DNA of 50,581 nucleotides, the filler included, from Circinaria calcarea (Eukaryota), in assembly GCA_051942165.1 (NCBI GenBank). It is 3 parts of 3 records of this genome, joined end to end, with 100 filler letters (N's around TTAATTAATTAA, not from the genome) between each part and the next. Parts side by side here need not be neighbours in the genome. Positions count along the whole stretch, not along the records: positions 33,799 to 50,581 come from JAVECS010000302.1; 2 more parts are not named here. One strand, given 5' to 3'. Below are positions 47,427 to 50,581 of the stretch, piece by piece. A program made the translations under genes and the position numbers. Below the pieces are notes generated by a model, which worked only from the letters and a program-made list of their open reading frames with translations, was not told where the DNA came from and searched no databases. The number at the start of each line of letters is the position of its first letter. Position 1 is the first letter of the stretch.

Positions 47427-47963
47427 TGTTATGGCGCCAGCACCATAGCATGCACTAGGGACGAACAGAGTTAGGCCCCGGGGGTACTAGGGACCGAACT
47501 CCGGGTTGCTTACAATGCTGCTCCGTGTAACCATAGGGAGCATGGGAACCAAGGGTTTGCTTACTATGGGCAGGACGGGAGCAAAGGGAGCATGGGAAGC
47601 AACCGTAGTATATAGGCAGGCTATTCCGCGCTCTTTAGAATAGCATGCTTATAGACACCAAAGACCGTGTTCAATAGACTCCATACTATTGAGCCTAGGG
47701 CAACAGTTCAACTACACCCTATGTGACCGTGCTATCACCAATCGGGACTTATCATATTCCTCAATAGGCCCCAAGGATTGCAGCGCCCTTACATCCCTAA
47801 TAATCCTTTTAATCCCTGGGATCCCTGGGAGCTATCAGGAATATAACACGTGATATACTCCCACTACTCCCTGCCAAATCCTGGGAGCACCTGGGAGCCC
47901 TCGGCTCCTGGTTCCTCCGTTCCGGCACTTGGTCTTGCCAGGGTATGGCGTCGCGCCATAACA
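47427..47963. mobile_element. Probable solo LTR, 537 bp
   Basis: TG...CA ends with 11-bp inverted termini TGTTATGGCGC / GCGCCATAACA and internal short direct repeats. Flanks (GATTT vs GCGGC) do not form a TSD. Confidence 0.7.
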
Positions 47964-48197
47964 GCGGCGTCTTGGCGAGATATGGTTTAGCGCTTCCAGC
48001 GTTTTTTTAGAATATTTTCGATTAGGTCGTATTTTCTGGCAATAATTCGTATATTCGGGCGCAATTGGGCGTCTAGATCTGTAAGAGCTGAATCAATTAA
48101 AGCCATATTGGTGGAGTAATGATTTTTTGAAATAGTGGTTGGAATGCGGGGAAAATGCGGCATCGGGCCGGGTGCGGCATCGCTTAGGGATATCTGG
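47964..48197 (-). mobile_element. 5' end of a pogo/Fot1-like transposon, truncated at the LTR
   Basis: Minus strand TA|CCAGATATCCC... end with repeated GATGCCGCA. ATG 48106 gives MALIDSALTDLDAQLRPNIRIIARKYDLIENILKKRWKR*TISRQDAA, resembling fungal pogo transposase HTH. Confidence 0.75.
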
Positions 48198-48256
48198 TAT
48201 GTGACTTCGGGCCGTCCTTCTGCCTTGCTCAAGCATACCACTCCTCGTATGTACGA

Positions 48257-48716
48257 TGTAACCCTATGCAGAGAGGGACTATGCTATGGAGGGTAACTTG
48301 GTTGATTGGTGGTTGCTAAGTCTAAGTGGTGGGGGAAGACTAAATATGGGCAGGTGCTGACTAAGCTCCACAACGAATAGCTTCTACCTCCCTTGAGCAA
48401 GGTGCCACCAGGCCCCTGCAGGTGGCAACAGACTCCTACAGGCCTTTCTCAGAGGTCTTATGACTGACAACTCACTCTAAGCGGTCGATTGGATCCCAAC
48501 CTACTGAAGCGTGGTTCCGAAGCTATGTGGACAACAGTACGGTTCGCTCAATCTGGCCTATGAACCAGCAATGCCTATGGTTAGTTACGCACCCTACTCT
48601 ATAGGCCAAGGGTCACTGATGCCATGATACCTCAATCAAGTGTACCGACACGTCCCCTTCATCCAGTACCTTCTAGACGTGACCAGCGATGGAGAGTTCC
48701 ATGCAAAGGGTGTACA
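48257..48716. mobile_element. Possible degenerate solo LTR
   Basis: TGTAACCCTATGCA ... TGCAAAGGGTGTACA imperfect inverted termini; no TSD. Confidence 0.35.
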
Positions 48717-49701
48717 ACTTCTTTCTACCGGAGATGCTTTCAAAAGGCATATTCAGTGAGGATAATTCCCTTGCAATCTGACTCTCCTCAACAGCAGCTC
48801 CGCGGAATCCGACTTGCAATCAAGCAACCGGGATACAGTTCAAGCCGGCGCACCCGGTCGAACGCACATACACCTAGCCAAGGACCAAACCGGTCGAAGC
48901 AATGCCGTAACCATACTTGGCTATGACCAAACATATTGAAACGTTTAGTACAGGCGCTATTCTAAGCCAAAGTTCTCACTCGACAGTTCGGCTAGTGAAC
49001 GGCGAACATTATCAAAGCTCTAAGTCTTTTACTATCGTGGCACTAGAGATGTCTTTTTCTTCAGAGCTGATGCATCACTTACTTAGCCGAATACCCAGAG
49101 GTTAGGATGTATATATGCGCTGTTGGGACATGGTAGATATACAGCTTTGCACTGCCCAAAGCGTACGATACAGACAAAGCCGTTTACTGCGCCAGGCTAT
49201 GCCATGACTCGATGGGAACAATCAGATCGCCGGCGGGCTAGCCTTCATACCGCGATTGTTCTACTCTCCTCACTCTTTACATTCGTCTACAGCGGTCTCC
49301 GAGGGCGCCGTTCCTTTCTACTTAGTACAAGACTTTCGTTACCGGGACTAAGTGCGCTCAAGGTACAAGGTATAACTTCATACCGTCTATCATTTTCTGC
49401 GACCGCGTGTACGTTTAAAGGTAAGGTAGTCCTGTCATACGGGTATATAACTGTTTCATAACTTATTGCACGGCTACAAGCGATTCTGCCGATAAGCTTA
49501 GATCGATAATTTAGGCGGCCTGATGGTTTGGTACATAAGGTAAGATCGTTTACGATAACTTTTTCATGCTGTGTTACATGATAATTTTCCATCGCCTAGG
49601 CTATTGAAGACCTATATGCTTCCGATTGGATTTGGCACCTTTGATATAACTCATCGAGGAAAGCCTATTGCTACTCGCCTAAAGCTCTACTCTCGGAAGT
49701 C

Positions 49702-50141
49702 ATGAAGATCAACGCCGTCCTCTTTTTCTTTTTCGTCTCCTTTACAACTTCTCTTGCTTCAACTCTCCGCCACTCCGTGACCCCAACCGCTGCGGACCTT
49801 CTCATATCCTCAGGTCCCAAAGGCCGTGTGTGGGATTGTGCCAAATGTGCCATGGGATGTAGCGCGTTACTCATTGCCTGCGCCGACGAGTGTCTGACTT
49901 TAAAGATCAATCCTGCGCTATGTCCGGTAAGCTCCTATTCTCCCAGTTTCCCATGCTGCGTATACTGCAACATGAGGATCAATAGGGCTGATTGAGGTTT
50001 TCCGCCCCTATATAGCTCTGTCTATTTGGCTTGGGCGCCTCACCCGCTTGTATCGGCTGTTATGACAAGTGCCGGGGAAAACCGGAGTTTAAGAACGCGC
50101 TGGCGAAGGGGCATTCGAAACCGCAGACGGCAACGAGTTAG
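49702..50141 (+). CDS. Small secreted cysteine-rich protein, 116 aa, 10 Cys, 2 exons
   Basis: Signal peptide MKINAVLFFFFVSFTTSLA. Intron 49927-50015 (GTAAGC...CTGAT...TAG). Exon 2 reads LCLFGLGASPACIGCYDKCRGKPEFKNALAKGHSKPQTATS*. Confidence 0.82.
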
Positions 50142-50581
50142 AACCGACAGAGGTCAAGTAGAGGTGGGCAGTGGAGAAGCGGTGTTAAAGGAAAGAAAGC
50201 TTAGTACATAAGGCGAGCTGAAACCATAATCAACGGATATAAAAATCTCAAGTACCTGATTACCCCATAAAATGCAAGTCTTCTTCTCGTTCCGTCTTGC
50301 TGCATATCGTCAAACCTAACCCTAGTATTATAATCGGAAAGTTGCGGAAATACCCGTGCATCCCAAAAAGACGCGATCTGTAGCGCTTCCATATGAAACC
50401 CTAAACCCTAAACTCCAAAAGCCCTTCATCCTTTCCGACTCCGAATATAAAACACAAGACCCCCAAGCCCTTTAGTTCCCGTGTCTTACCCACCATTTCC
50501 TCCCCGTTCCCACCCACCAGTAGTTTGGTCAGCACCTCCAATTCTACTTCGCTCTCCCAGGATCATGCTTCCAGCCTTCTT

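Noticed and set aside
47310..47900. Short repeated units as a CRISPR-like array
   Set aside because: Eukaryotic locus; 9-bp tandem units with no unique spacers, lying within LTR-like relics.
48900..49600. ORFs upstream of the secreted protein gene
   Set aside because: Short, on both strands, with no motifs; at best unidentifiable decayed sequence.
50310..50415. CCCTAA/CCCTAAA words as telomere proximity
   Set aside because: Only two or three scattered units; insufficient.

Overview
Eukaryotic DNA from a filamentous ascomycete (Pezizomycotina), with short GT-AG introns and CTRAC-type branch sites. The window is three contigs joined by artificial 100-bp spacers (N44-TTAATTAATTAA-N44 at 16804-16903 and 33699-33798), so adjacency across the spacers is unproven. 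The first ~33 kb is gene-dense: Msp1/ATAD1-like AAA ATPase, DUF726/TMCO4 protein, V-ATPase subunit B, polyQ LIM-domain-binding (PtaB/Mfg1-like) regulator, OPT oligopeptide transporter, GH3 beta-glucosidase, EXPERA-like membrane protein, a DUF7730/F-box-like protein and a (6-4) photolyase/cryptochrome. The last ~17 kb looks accessory: non-autonomous TIR elements, a PTH11-like protein, a decayed S53 peptidase, an F-box protein, a nested LTR/pogo relic cluster and a small secreted 10-Cys protein. I found no clearly new multi-gene system. The best leads are a plant-Tourist-like MITE, a photolyase with Tyr at the fourth electron-donor position and a PIP-box-like tail, an ORF nested in the long ptaB-like intron, and the 10-Cys secreted protein. 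Gene models and family calls are manual reads, not database results.
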